Part shown: in pieces, positions 21,842 to 32,960 of the stretch
Numbering within the stretch: position 1 is the first letter of the stretch
How the letters are laid out: the number at the start of each line of letters is the position of its first letter
NCBI RefSeq assembly: GCF_004010195.1
Contig: NC_057720.1
Location: 6,241,016-6,275,093, forward strand
Source of the DNA: Chiloscyllium plagiosum
Lineage: Eukaryota
Direction of reading: 5' to 3'
DNA: 34,078 nt
The notes under the pieces: generated by a model
The model's input: only the letters and a program-made list of their open reading frames with translations
Told to the model about the DNA's origin: nothing
Database searches by the model: none
Translations under genes and position numbers: made by a program

Positions 21842-21912
21842 CACTGAAACAAGCACAGATGATGCTGGAGAGACTCTGTAGGTCTGACAGCATGGGTGGG
21901 GAGAGAAACAGA
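21842..21912 (-). mobile_element. Degenerate PLE family C fragment
   Basis: 'atgctggagagactctgtaggtctgacagcat...ggagagaaacaga' resembles 280-322 and the reverse complement of 29135-29185. Confidence 0.5.
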
Positions 21913-22299
21913 ATCCTAACTAACTCCCAGCTGCCACACGTCCCACTCCCTCTCAAACCCAGCAAATCCCCTCATGGAGCCTGATCCCTTTGAGAAAGAT
22001 ACACATTTATCGTCAATCTCAACTGGTATTATCCTCATTGATCCAATCTCACAACCAACATTGCCATACAACTCATTTACAACTGATGGATCTCAATCTT
22101 GCAAATGACTTTATGTATCCCAGTACTCCGCTCAGGTTGCACCTCAGTGAATCTAATTGTGGTCTACTGTCATAAAAATCACAAGAGATTCACATTTAGC
22201 AGTAATCGCACAAGATCGGCAAGAACTGACTAAGCCTTTTCGCAGATATTTCACACTGGCTGGAGAGGAAACATTTGGGAGATCCCACACTGGCTGTGC

Positions 22300-22425
22300 A
22301 TGCTGCAGTCCATGTGCTAAAGGCAGACCCTCAATGACCTTAGGGAGGGAAGTCCAGGATTTTAACCCAGCAACACTGAAGGAATGGCGATATATTTCCA
22401 AGTTAGGATGGGCGAAGAGGTTTGT
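22300..22425 (-). mobile_element. LINE (CR1/L2 group) ORF2 C-terminal fragment
   Basis: YRHSFSVAGLKSWTSLPKVIEG matches the SFxxxxxxxWNxLP motif at the ORF2 end. Confidence 0.6.
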
Positions 22426-22513
22426 CTGCTGAGGGGGGTTGGGTTGCGAAGGTACAGGTGGGATTCTGCAAACTCTTTCAGTTAAAACAACAGAACAGAG
22501 GCTGCAATATATG

Positions 22514-23685
22514 CCTAGTACCACCTCAAGGATAGCTCAGAGTCCCTTCACCTGGTACCACCCAAGGGACAGCTCAGAGTCCCTTCACCTGGTACCACTC
22601 AAGGGACAGGTCCGGGTCCCTTCACCTGGTACCGCCCAAGGGACAGCTCAGAGTCCCTTCACCTGGTACCACTCAAGGGACAGCTCAGAGTCCCTTCACC
22701 TGGTACCACCCAAGGGACAGCTCAGAGTCCCTTCACCTGGTACCACTCAAGGGACAGGTCAGAGTCCCTTCACCTGGTACCCCGCCCAAGGGACAGGTCA
22801 GAGTTCCTTCACCTGGTACCCCGCCCAAGGGACAGGTCAGAGTTCCTTCACCTGGTACCACCTCAAGGACAGGTCAGAGTCCCTTCACCTGGTACCACCC
22901 AAGGGACAGCTCAGAGTCCCTTCACCTGGTACCACCCAAGGGACAGCTCAGAGTCCCTTCACCTGGTACCACCCAAGGGACAGCTCAGAGTCCCTTCACC
23001 TGGTACCACCCAAGAAATAGGTCAGAGTCCCTTCACCTGGTACCACCCAAGGGACAGCTCAGAGTCCCTTCACCTGGTACCGCCCAAGGGACAGCTCAGA
23101 GTTCCTTCACTGGTACCACCCAAGNNNNNNNNNNNNNNNNNNNNNNNNNNNNNNNNNNNNNCCCAAGGGACAGCTCAGAGTCCCTTCACCTGGTACCGCC
23201 CAAGGGACAGGTCAGAGTTCCTTCACCTGGTACCGCCCAAGGGACAGCTCAGAGTCCCTTCACCTGGTACCGCCCAAGGGACAGCTCAGAGTTCCTTCAC
23301 CTGGTACCGCCCAAGGGACAGCTCAGAGTTCCTTCACTGGTACCACCCAAGGGACAGGTCAGAGTCCCTTCACCTGGTACCGCCCAAGGTACAGCTCAGA
23401 GTCCCTTCACTGGTACCACCCAAGGGACAGGTCAGAGTCCCTTCACCTGGTACCGCCCAAGGATAGCTCAGAGTCCCTTCACCTGGTACCACCCAAGGGA
23501 CAGCTCAGAGTCCCTTCACCTGGTACCGCCCAAGGGACAGGTCAGAGTCCCTTCACCTGGTACCGCCCAAGGGACAGGTCAGAGTTCCTTCACCTGGTAC
23601 CACCTCAGGGACAGATCAGAGTCCCTTCACCTGGTACCGCCCAAGGGACAGCTCAGAGTCCCTTCACCTGGTACCGCCCAAGGGA
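22514..23685. repeat. 37-bp minisatellite, ~31 copies (GGTACCACCCAAGGGACAGCTCAGAGTCCCTTCACCT)
   Basis: Head-to-tail units of 36-38 bp with no spacers. A 37-nt N gap lies at 23125-23161. Confidence 0.98.
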
Positions 23686-25007
23686 AGGCGTCCAGCCCCT
23701 TGCCACTCCACTCCTATTTCCTTTTCAAGTGCACCTATGATGTCACCTGCTCAGACACTTTGCGCACAGGAGCATCCCACAAACAGAGACTGATTCAGGG
23801 AGTAGGCCTGCCGCTCACTGATTGAACCTCCCACTGCACTTTATCGAAACAACTCCACGAGAAAGACTGTCTCACCCAGAGAAACTACCATTTAGTTTCT
23901 CTCAGGAGACACCTCCATTGGATCCATTGCATGCGTCGGGCTGCCACTCTGAATATTCAACACTAATTGAAGAATAATTAAAGTCAGAGAATAGTGCTTT
24001 TGAGAAACAGGCTTGCCCAAGGGGCAAATACATATTAAAAATTAATGTTAAGCCCTACCTAGACTATATTTAAAACCTCATGTAGTCAGTCTGGGCTGTG
24101 CATAGAGAAAAAAGGAGATTGTAATGGAGTCTGAAGACCATAGCATTGTGGATGTTATGTTGAAAGATACCATTAAGCCACTTTGCTTTATTTAACCTCC
24201 ACAGTTAGGACCTGGTTATTTATTAAGTACTGAATTGAATCCATGAAGTTAGAATCATTTTAATATGTTTTGGGGGGGTGGGGGGGGGATTTTACTTTGA
24301 ATAACACACAAGTCTTTTCCAGCAGTCGGATGATCTTACTTCTAAAGGCTCAAAATTAAAAACATGGAGACAGCCACAGGACAAAATGAAAGAAATTGAT
24401 TTGGTTTCGGATGATGAGTCCAACAAAAAGCCAGCCTTCCCCGCAGGATATTACTGTGGTTTTGTGGTCCGAACTTTTAGTCTCGCCAGCAGACGGATGC
24501 TTTCCTACTTAAGGGTGATATTTTTAGTTTTGAATTGTTATGTTTCCACCTTCCCGCCAGACAGCCCTGTTTGGCTGGGAAGGCAGGCTGGACTGGATCA
24601 TTGTCTTTTTAGACCGAACCAGCACGAACTGCCAATAGGAACTAAATAAATTTCAGACTCCGCTGCATCCATTTATACACAAACAGCACTGCACCCAAAA
24701 CTGTAACAGCCCGTCCCTAGATCTGATAAGGCTCACTTCTACTGACAAGCAGGATCGAAGTACCAAGCAACTTTCAGACTCGAGTACAAGAGATGTTTTT
24801 TGGTACGTCAGCCGCAGGCAGCCTGTCTTGAGCTGCAGGAATATAACAACTACATTGCTGGATAAATACCTGGTGACAAAGAGCATGAATCTTGTATGAA
24901 TTTGAAATTAGGACTAATTTAAAAATTCTGGAATTAAAATGCTCGTATCAGTAAATGTGAGGATCATGCTGTCAGTGACAACACAACTGCCGCAGGCATG
25001 CCCGTTT

Positions 25008-25142
25008 ACAACAACAACTTGCATTTATATTACTTAGTAAAACATTCCAAGATGCTTCATAGGAGCAACATGTCCCACCGACACCCACCAGGAGGCTACC
25101 AGGGCAAATGATCAAAATCTTGTTTGAGAAGCTCAGTTTTAT
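25008..25142 (-). mobile_element. L2-like LINE 3' end, degenerate
   Basis: Reverse strand ends 'gaagcatcttggaatgttttacta..tataaatgcaagttgttgttgt', an L2-type tail with (TTG)n. Confidence 0.55.
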
Positions 25143-25145
25143 GGA

Positions 25146-26585
25146 CTGGTATGCTTTCCTTTATTGGCCAGAGTATTCAGTACAGGAGTTGGGAGGTCAT
25201 GTTGCGGCTGTACAGGACATTGGTTAGGCCACTTTTGGAATATTGTGTGCAGTTCTGGTCTGAAAAATGTGTGGCTGGAAAAGCGCAGCACGTCAGGCAG
25301 CATCCAAGGAGCAGGAGAATCAACGTTTCGGGCATAAGCCCTTTTTCAGGAATGACGAAGGTGTGCCAAGCAGGCTAAGATAGAAGGTAGGGAGGAGGGA
25401 CTTGGGGGAGGGGCATTGGGAATGTGATAGGTGCAAGGAGGTGAAGGTGAGGGTGATAGGCCGAGAGGGGGTGGGGGCGGAGAGGTCAGGAAGAAGATTG
25501 CGGGTCAAGAGGGCGGTGCTTAGTCCGGGGGTTGGNNNNNNNNNNNNNNNNNNNNNNNNNNNNNNNNNNNNNNNNNNNNNNNNNNNNNNNNNNNNNNNNN
25601 NNNNNNNNNNNNNNNNNNNNNNNNNNNNNNNNNNNNNNNNNNNNNNNNNNNNNNNNNNNNNNNNNNNNNNNNNNNNNNNNNNNNNNNNNNNNNNNNNNNN
25701 NNNNNNNNNNNNNNNNNNNNNNNNNNNNNNNNNNNNNNNNNNNNNNNNNNNNNNNNNNNNNNNNNNNNNNNNNNNNNNNNNNNNNNNNNNNNNNNNNNNN
25801 NNNNNNNNNNNNNNNNNNNNNNNNNNNNNNNNNNNNNNNNNNNNNNNNNNNNNNNNNNNNNNNNNNNNNNNNNNNNNNNNNNNNNNNNNNNNNNNNNNNN
25901 NNNNNNNNNNNNNNNNNNNNNNNNNNNNNNNNNNNNNNNNNNNNNNNNNNNNNNNNNNNNNNNNNNNNNNNNNNNNNNNNNNNNNNNNNNNNNNNNNNNN
26001 NNNNNNNNNNNNNNNNNNNNNNNNNNNNNNNNNNNNNNNNNNNNNNNNNNNNNNNNNNNNNNNNNNNNNNNNNNNNNNNNNNNNNNNNNNNNNNNNNNNN
26101 NNNNNNNNNNNNNNNNNNNNNNNNNNNNNNNNNNNNNNNNNNNNNNNNNNNNNNNNNNNTACAGGGGGTAGGGTGGGAGGAGGTGTAATCTAGGTAGCTG
26201 TGGGAGTCGGTCGGTTTATAGTAAATGTCTGTGTTGAGTTGGTCGCCCGAGATAGAAATGGAGAGGTCTAGGAAGGGGAGGGAGGAGTCTGAGACGGTCC
26301 AGGTTAATTTGAGGTCAGGGTGGAAGGTGTTAGTAAAGTGGATGAACTGTTCAACCTCCTCAAACATAGACCTAAGGGCAACATTTTCACACAGAGGATG
26401 GTACGTGTATGGAATGAGCTGCCAGAGGAAGTGGTGGAGGCTGGTACAATTGCAACATTTAAAAGACATCTGGGTGGACATATGAATAGAAAAGCTTCTG
26501 AGGGATATGGGCCAACTGCTGGCAAATGCGACTAGATTATTTTTGGATATCTGGTCAGCATGAACAAGTTGGATTGAAGGGTCAG
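25146..26585 (+). mobile_element. CR1 3' fragment (25146-25260 and 26368-26585) split by a PLE, with a deletion
   Basis: GMLSFIGQSIQYRSWEVMLRLYRTLVRPLLEYCVQFWS | GNIFTQRMVRVWNELPEEVVEAG. Confidence 0.88.
25261..26362 (-). mobile_element. 5'-truncated Penelope-like element (RT region, gap at 25536-26159, terminal repeat)
   Basis: EEVEQFIHFTNTFHPDLKLTWTVSDSSLPFLDLSI..YYKPTDSHSYLDYTSSHP. Reverse-strand hammerhead remnant CUGAAAA-A-GGGC-uuau-GCCC-GAAA-CGUU at ~25316-25354. Confidence 0.88.
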
Positions 26586-26634
26586 TCCTCGCTTTCTCCT
26601 AAAGGAGTTTGATTTATTGCTGTCACGTGCTGAG

Positions 26635-27105
26635 ATAAGGATGCAAAAAAGATTTACAAGCATGTTGCTGGAACTGGAGGATTGAGTTATAAGACGAAGT
26701 TGAATAAGCTGATTTTTTTTCCTGGAGCATAAGTTGACTGAGAGGTGACCTTATACTGGTGTATAAAATCATGAGGGGTATAGATAAGGTGAATAGCAAA
26801 GGCTTTTTCCCCAGGGTACAGAGGTCCAAAACTAGAGGACTTATGCTTAAGATGAGAAGAGAAAGTTTCAAAAGGTACTTTAGGATCAACTTTTTCACTC
26901 AGAGGCTGGTGTGTGTATGGAAGGAGCTGGCAGAGGATATGGTTGAGGTGGCTCCAATTATAGCATTTACAAACCATTTTGACAGGTACATGGATAGGAA
27001 CTGTTTAGAGGGATATGGGCCAAACGCAAAGGCAAATGGGACTAGCTCAGTTTTGAAAAGCTGGTCAGGGTGAAGGGTCTGTTTTTGTGCTGCATTAGTC
27101 TATGA
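26635..27105 (+). mobile_element. CR1 3' end
   Basis: YKIMRGIDKVNSKGFFPRV..NFFTQRLVCVWKELAE..LEGYGPNA. Confidence 0.88.
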
Positions 27106-27189
27106 TATTCTGATGAACAGATCTTATCTTGGGATGTCAGTTCATCCTGCCAGGTCCAAAGTGTATTTCACAGCAAGATATTGCTTGAC

Positions 27190-28830
27190 AAGAACAAAGA
27201 AAAGAACAAAGAACAAAGAAAATTTACAGCCTAGGGTCAGGCCCTTCGGCCCTCCAAGCCTGAGCTGATTCAAATGTACTGTCTAAACTTGTCAGTCAAT
27301 TCCTAAGCATCTGTATCCCTCTGCTCCCCATCTACTCATGCATCTGTCTAGATGCATCTTAAATGAATCTACTGTGCCTGACACTACTACCTCTGCTGGC
27401 AATGTGTTCCAGACACCCACCACCCTCTGTGTGAAGTACTTATCGCATGTATCCCCCTTAAACTTTGCACCTCTCACCTTGAAAGCATGACCTCTGGTTA
27501 TTGAATCCTTCACTCTGGGAAAAAGCTTGTTTCTATCCACCCTGTCTATACCCTTCATGATTTTGTAAACCTCAGTCAGGTTCCCCCCATAATCTCCTTT
27601 TTTCTAATGAAAATAAACCTAACCTACTCAACCTCTCTTCATAGCTAGCACCTTCCATACCAGGCAACATCCTCGTAAACCTTCTCTGCACCCTCTCCAA
27701 AGTGTGTCCATCCTGCCTATACGCTGGCTAGCACATGGCACTGGTAGTAATCCCGAGATCACTAACTTTGAGGTCCTCCCCTTTAACTTCTCTCCTAGCT
27801 CCCTGAATTCTTCTTTCAGGACCTCATCTCGCTTTCTACTTATATCATTGGTGCCTATATGCACCAAGACAACTGGCTGTTCACCCTCCCCTTTTAGAAT
27901 GCTCTGCAGCCAATCGGTGACATCCCTGACCTGAGCGGCAACATACCACCCGGGAGTCCCGTTTTCAGCCCCAGAACTGCCTGTCTACTCCCCTCACAAT
28001 AAAATCCCCTCTGACTATGGCGCAACGAGTCTTTTTCTCACCCTTCTGAACAGCAGTGCCCGCCACGGTGCCATGATCCTGGCAACTGCTGCCCTCCCCT
28101 GGTGAGCCATCTCCCCCAACAGTATCCAAAACGGGTATACCTGTTTTGGAGGGAGATGACCACAGGGGACACCTGCACTGCCTTCTTATTCTTTTTCTGC
28201 CTTTTGGTCACCCATCCACTGTCTCCCTGAGCAACTCTAACCTGCGGTGTGACCAGTTCACTAAACGTGCTATCCCCGACCTCCTCAGCATCGCGGATGC
28301 TCCACAGTGAGTCCATCCGCAGCTCCAGAGCCGTCATGTGATCAAACAAGAGCTGCAGCTGGACACGCTTCTTGCAAGTGTAAGAGTCAGGAACGTCAGA
28401 CACGTTCCTAAGCTCCCACATCAAGCAAGAGGCATATGTCATGGGTCTGAGGTCCCCTGCCATTGGAAGCTTAGCTTTATATGAACTAACTAAAACCAAA
28501 CAATACACTGAAATATATATGATAAAGAAAGATAAGAAAGAAATAAAAGCCTTACCTTACAGAGTCTCTTTCTTCCGGTTAGAGGAGGGGGGAGGGAGGG
28601 AGGGAGATCTACACATGTGATATCTCAGGTTTAGCCATTGCCCAAATATAAATTAAGCCCTTACCTTCCCTGCAGCCCTCACTTCACCTCACCTTCTCTC
28701 CTCATGTCTCTATCAAAACGAAGACCCGACTCCCAAGGTAAGTCCCTTTGTAAGCTGGAAAACTTACCCTTCCCAGCAGCCCTCGCTTCACCTCACCTTC
28801 TGTCCTTGCCGCTCTGTCAAAATGGAGAGG
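27190..28830 (-). mobile_element. CR1 with 5' UTR and ORF1 (zinc finger/leucine zipper, SGNH esterase) joined to the ORF2 C-terminus and 3' tail
   Basis: MAGDLRPMTYASCLMWE..YTCKKRVQLQLL..LELRMDSL; VHIGTNDI..LVISGLLPVPCAS (esterase GxND block); jump at ~27718 to LERVQRRFTR-like sequence; (TTCTTTG)n tail at 27190. Confidence 0.88.
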
Positions 28831-28854
28831 CCAGTGTACGTTGGAAAGTACACA

Positions 28855-29090
28855 ATGACCTGATAGGGAGCTTAGTACAAGTTAGGATGCAGACAGCAGA
28901 ATTTTAAATTGCTCATGTCTGTGGAGGATAGCATGCGTGGGGACCAGCCAGGAGTTGACTGTGACTGAGATAGCGGTAAAAGTCAAAGGTGGAAGTTAGT
29001 ATAGTGGGTGATATCTGTGGTCAGAACTCAGACGTCGTGGCCAGATGGAACACATTGCAATTGGCCTGAATAGATTTCAGGGAGAGGAAC
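28855..29090 (-). mobile_element. Old L2-like fragment
   Basis: 'gggagcttagtacaagttaggatgcagacagcagaatttt' resembles antisense L2 ORF2 (QNSAAxIL motif). Very degenerate. Confidence 0.4.
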
Positions 29091-29099
29091 AGAATCAGC

Positions 29100-29190
29100 A
29101 ATGAAGCAGAGTCATTCTGGATGTGAAACGTTAACTCTGTTTCTCTCTCCACAGATGCTGCCAGACCTGCTGAGTTTCTCCAGTGTTCTC
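29100..29190 (+). mobile_element. PLE family C terminal fragment with degenerate hammerhead
   Basis: 'tgaagcagagtc...GAAACGTTaactctgtttctctctccacagatgctgccagacctgctgagtttctccag'. Confidence 0.6.
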
Positions 29191-29334
29191 AGCGCTTGTC
29201 ATGGACTCAGAAGGTTGGAGACTGAAACCCATCGCTTCGGCCGTCCCAAAATTCTGTCGCAGAAAACGTCTGCTCTTCCAGTCCAAGCAGCGTGACGAGT
29301 GAGGGATTGTCGAGAAGGAAGCTGATTGGTCTTT

Positions 29335-29510
29335 TTTTGGGCTGGTCTTTATGTGACTCCAGACCCATAGGCGCACCACTGACTCTTAATTGCCCTCTGA
29401 AATGGTCAAGTTAGCCACTCCATTGACCCCAACTGCAGTGCATCTAGGGAAGGGCAATAAATAGGAGCATTGCAGGCGACACTCAGAACCTGTGAATTAA
29501 TTTAATGAAA
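29335..29510 (+). mobile_element. Second SINE family, 3' part
   Basis: 'atgtgactccagaccca..tgactcttaattgccctc..gggcaataaat' matches the reverse complement of 20660-20775. Confidence 0.65.
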
Positions 29511-30735
29511 AGTCCCAGCACCTGATAACCTTCTTTTCTCTTCATTCCTGGCTAAGAAGGAAAACAGCAAGCAGCAGGAGGGCCCAGTGACTGATGAGCC
29601 TCATATGGGATGCACTCTGTGCTGCCACTGTTGTGTCATTCATCATTGTAATTCTTTACTCAACTCATTTTACTCTAACTTCTTTTTATCGAGTGTTGTC
29701 ACACACAATATTAGTTGACTGTCTACAACTGAAGCTAAAAGAACATCAGATTAATGACGGGAACAAATTGTACAGAAACTCATCTGTCACAAATTTGATT
29801 ACAGCCACTACTAATGCATCAAGTCGTTTACCAAAGATAAACTGAATTCAGTCAACAGTGAGTTACAAAGCTGCAGAATGAATATATCTTTAAGCAGTTA
29901 AGCTCATATTTGGAGACAGAGGCAGAGCTTAGTGATGAATATGTGCTGTAATGCTGAAAAAGTGAACTGTAATGTTGGTTAACGTAATGTGCCAGCCCAG
30001 CGATGCAGACATACACGTCTTGCCGAATGTATCATTACAACACAAATCCCTAAAGGTTTCGCATTTGAGGTGCATCTGAATGCCTGTGAATGACACCAGT
30101 GGCTGTTCTAACCCATTGCTACACAGAATCAAACCCACAGTCTGACAAGTCAGCCCTGACTTATTAAATGAAGGACAGTGAGTTATCATCCTGACTTGTT
30201 TATACCTGCTTTGAAGATGTATTGCCAGTGGAGATTGATTTGGAAAGGGGGCTGCTTGTAAATTCTTGCTCTGTACTCGTTGTTGAAGTCAATGAGCAAC
30301 ACCAAGTGACCTCAGGGTAGCCACTGAGACATTACATTTGGTGCCTTCACATTTATTCAGTCAGGTTCATTGCTCCTTTCTTATTTCACTTGTTGACCTC
30401 AGGGCTCTCAAACTGATGCATTGTCAGGAAAGTAAAATCTGAGGGCCCCAGCTTCTTTTCTGATGCAGTCAACAGCTACTCAATGCCCTTTTGCCAAAAT
30501 ACAACAAGCTCCTTCACTGTCTTTCAAACTCCAACCAGCATTGACAGGAACATTGTGATTCATAGTGTTTGTTGGTAATGCTAAACTAGGAAGGCAATAG
30601 TCATTTTGGAATGCAGGATTGGAGAATTGCTAATAAAGGATGCACTTCGTCGAAATTTCACTTTGCTTTTCTCAAGAAAATATGCAAGAAATTTCAAAAT
30701 GAAAGGAAAGCAAAATTGCACCAAATGAAAGGAGA

Positions 30736-31829
30736 GTGCTGATTGGTTGGTAAGTAGGGGCTCTGATACATGAGGGCATTGCCATGTAGTTTGTACCAGT
30801 TGATAATGACTGACACTTAAACTGACAGGTCTGTTTGAATTTTAAACAAGACAGATCAGTTAAGAGTACTTAAGACATTGCCTCAGAATTGAACCAGAAA
30901 ATGACTTTTTTTTTGCTTGGTTAAAGCAGACACAGCACATGTTCATTCTGTCTGCATGGACAACATGGGGACAGCAGTGGATGAGCGACAATGTCACCAA
31001 ATAGTAATCCAGAACCCCAGGTTAATATTCTGGGGACATGGGTTTGAAAGTCAATGTTTAATCTCAATAAAAACCTGGAATTAATATCTCGTCCGTTATT
31101 AAGGCGTATGTACTGTCGATTGTTGGTCAAAACCCATCTAGTTCATGAATATCCTATAGGGAAGGAAACCTGTCTTCTGGAGTACACTGCCTCATTCCTG
31201 TCATCCTATTATAGGAAGGATATTATTAAGCTGAAGAGGTTTCAGAAGAGATTTAACAGGATATTGCCAGGAATGGAGGGTTCGGTGCTGATTGGTTGGT
31301 AAGTAGGGGCTCTGATACATGAGGGCATTGCCATGTAGTTTGTACCAGTTGATAATGACTGACACTTAAACTGACAGGTCTGTTTGAATTTTAAACAAGA
31401 CAGATCAGTTAAGAGTACTTAAGACATTGCCTCAGAATTGAACCAGAAAATGACTGTTTTTTTTTGCTTGGTTAAAGCAGACACAGCACATGTTCATTCT
31501 GTCTGCATGGACGACATGGGGACGGCAGTGGATGATCGATAATGTCACCAAATAGTAATCCAGAACCCCAGGTTAATATTCTGGGACATGGGTTTGAAAG
31601 GCAATGTTTAATCTCAATAAAAACCTGGAATTAATATCTCGTCCGTTATTAAGGTGTATGTACTGTCGATTATTGGTCAAAACCCATCTAGTTCATTAAT
31701 ATCCTATAGGGAAGGAAACCTGTCTCCTGGAGTACACTGCCTCATTCCTGTCATCCTGTTATAGGAAGGATATTATTAAGCTGAAGAGGTTTCAGAAGAG
31801 ATTTAACAGGATATTGCCAGGAATATTCG
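30736..31829. repeat. Tandem duplication, unit ~549 bp (30736-31284 and 31285-31829)
   Basis: Both units start 'gtgctgattggttggtaagtagggg' and end 'ccaggaat...ttcg', with about 13 substitutions or indels by eye. Each holds a second-family SINE 5' part (~30967-31174, ~31517-31725) and a CR1 piece. Confidence 0.95.
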
Positions 31830-32960
31830 AGTTATGAGTGGTTGGAAAGACTGGGACTTTTTTCACTGGAGCATTGGAGATTGAGGGGTGACCTTATAGA
31901 GATTTATAAAATCATGAGGGGCGTGGATAGGGTGAATAGCAAGGCTCTTTTCCCCGCAGTGGAGGAGTTCAAACATATTTTTAAGGTGAGAGGAAGAAGT
32001 TTTAAAAAGGACATGAGGGGCAACTTCTTTACATTGTTATAACACATTGGTAAACCCTTCTGCTAATTAAACCAAACACCCAGAAAATCTCATCTCGTTT
32101 CCTAAGCTATTAAAGTTTGAGTGACAGAGAACTCCCCAAATTCCACTGTTTGAAGAAAAAAATAGCAATTTTATTCTTTAACTCTAAAAGTGAACATTAA
32201 ACAACAATAATAATTACAACTCTCTTAAAGGTTTGTTATCTATCTCCTACTCTATCACAATATACTGTTCCAATAAAGCCCCTATTAAAATTACAGCAAC
32301 TCAATTTTCAAAACGAGGCAGCAGCTGTTGCCTCCGGTCTCAATCGTTCACTGTAGATCTCCCTGGGTCATCTTTGGTCTTCTGCTGCACACGTGAAAAT
32401 GGTACCTTTGACAAAGAGTGTGGTGAATAGTAGTCTTTCAAATAGTAGATGGTGGTCTTTCTGGCTAACTGTCCAAAATGCCTGCTTTTTATACTCCAAA
32501 CATTGGATTGTCTCTTTGGTTCAATGTTGTCAAAACAGTAAAAATCAAATTTGATTGGGTTTTAGCATCTTGGGGCATGACTTAAACTGATTGGTAAAAT
32601 TCGAATTGCTGTGAACACAACTGGATCTAGGTAACCATCAAAATGTTACATCTTTCAGTTTTGCAGCACACTGTGATATGACAGGTATTTGTCAGTTTTC
32701 CCTCTCGCTTAAAGGTACAGTACATGCCTTCAACTTCATAACAACCCAGAAAGTAGTTTGTTTGTGAAATGATCTGCCAGAGGAAGTAATGGGTGAGGTA
32801 TAGTTACAATGGTTAAACACATATGGATAAGCACATAAATAAGAAATGTTTGGAAGAATATGGGCCAATGCAGGCAAGTGGGACTAGTTTAGTTTGGGAG
32901 TATGGTCGGCATGGACTGGGTGGACCGAAGGGTCTGTTTCTGTGCTGTATGACTCGATGA
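31727..32960 (+). mobile_element. CR1 3' end split by a solo LTR
   Basis: ERLGLFSLEHWRLRGDLIEIYKIMRG..MRGNFFT, resuming at 32744 as 'acccagaaagtagtttg..gatctgccagaggaag'. Confidence 0.85.
32035..32743 (-). mobile_element. Solo LTR, 709 bp
   Basis: Terminal inverted TGTTAT...ATAACA that cleanly interrupts a CR1. On the minus strand, CCAAT (32590-32594, 32554-32558, 32502-32506), TATAAAAA (32486-32493) and AATAAA (32170-32175) fall in U3-R order. The TSD is degenerate (acat/accc). Confidence 0.75.

Noticed and set aside
22439..23020. 193-aa repetitive ORF
   Set aside because: It is a read-through of the stop-poor minisatellite, cycling through all three frames.
22514..23685. CRISPR-like array (37-bp hairpin repeats)
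   Set aside because: Units are contiguous with no unique spacers, there are no cas genes, and the context is vertebrate.
22514..23685. Immunoglobulin switch-like region (AGCT and GGTA/TACC AID hotspots in the units)
   Set aside because: No Ig exons or recombination signal sequences are visible, and the motifs are too short to be informative.
24386..24886. Short ORFs 24386-24649 (+) and 24653-24886 (-)
   Set aside because: No recognisable domain or splice support, and lengths are compatible with chance.
25240..25270. Family B PLE targeting of the CR1 LEYCVQFW region (also at 33794)
   Set aside because: The two junctions are ~30 nt apart and in opposite relative orientation. CR1 abundance makes this unremarkable.
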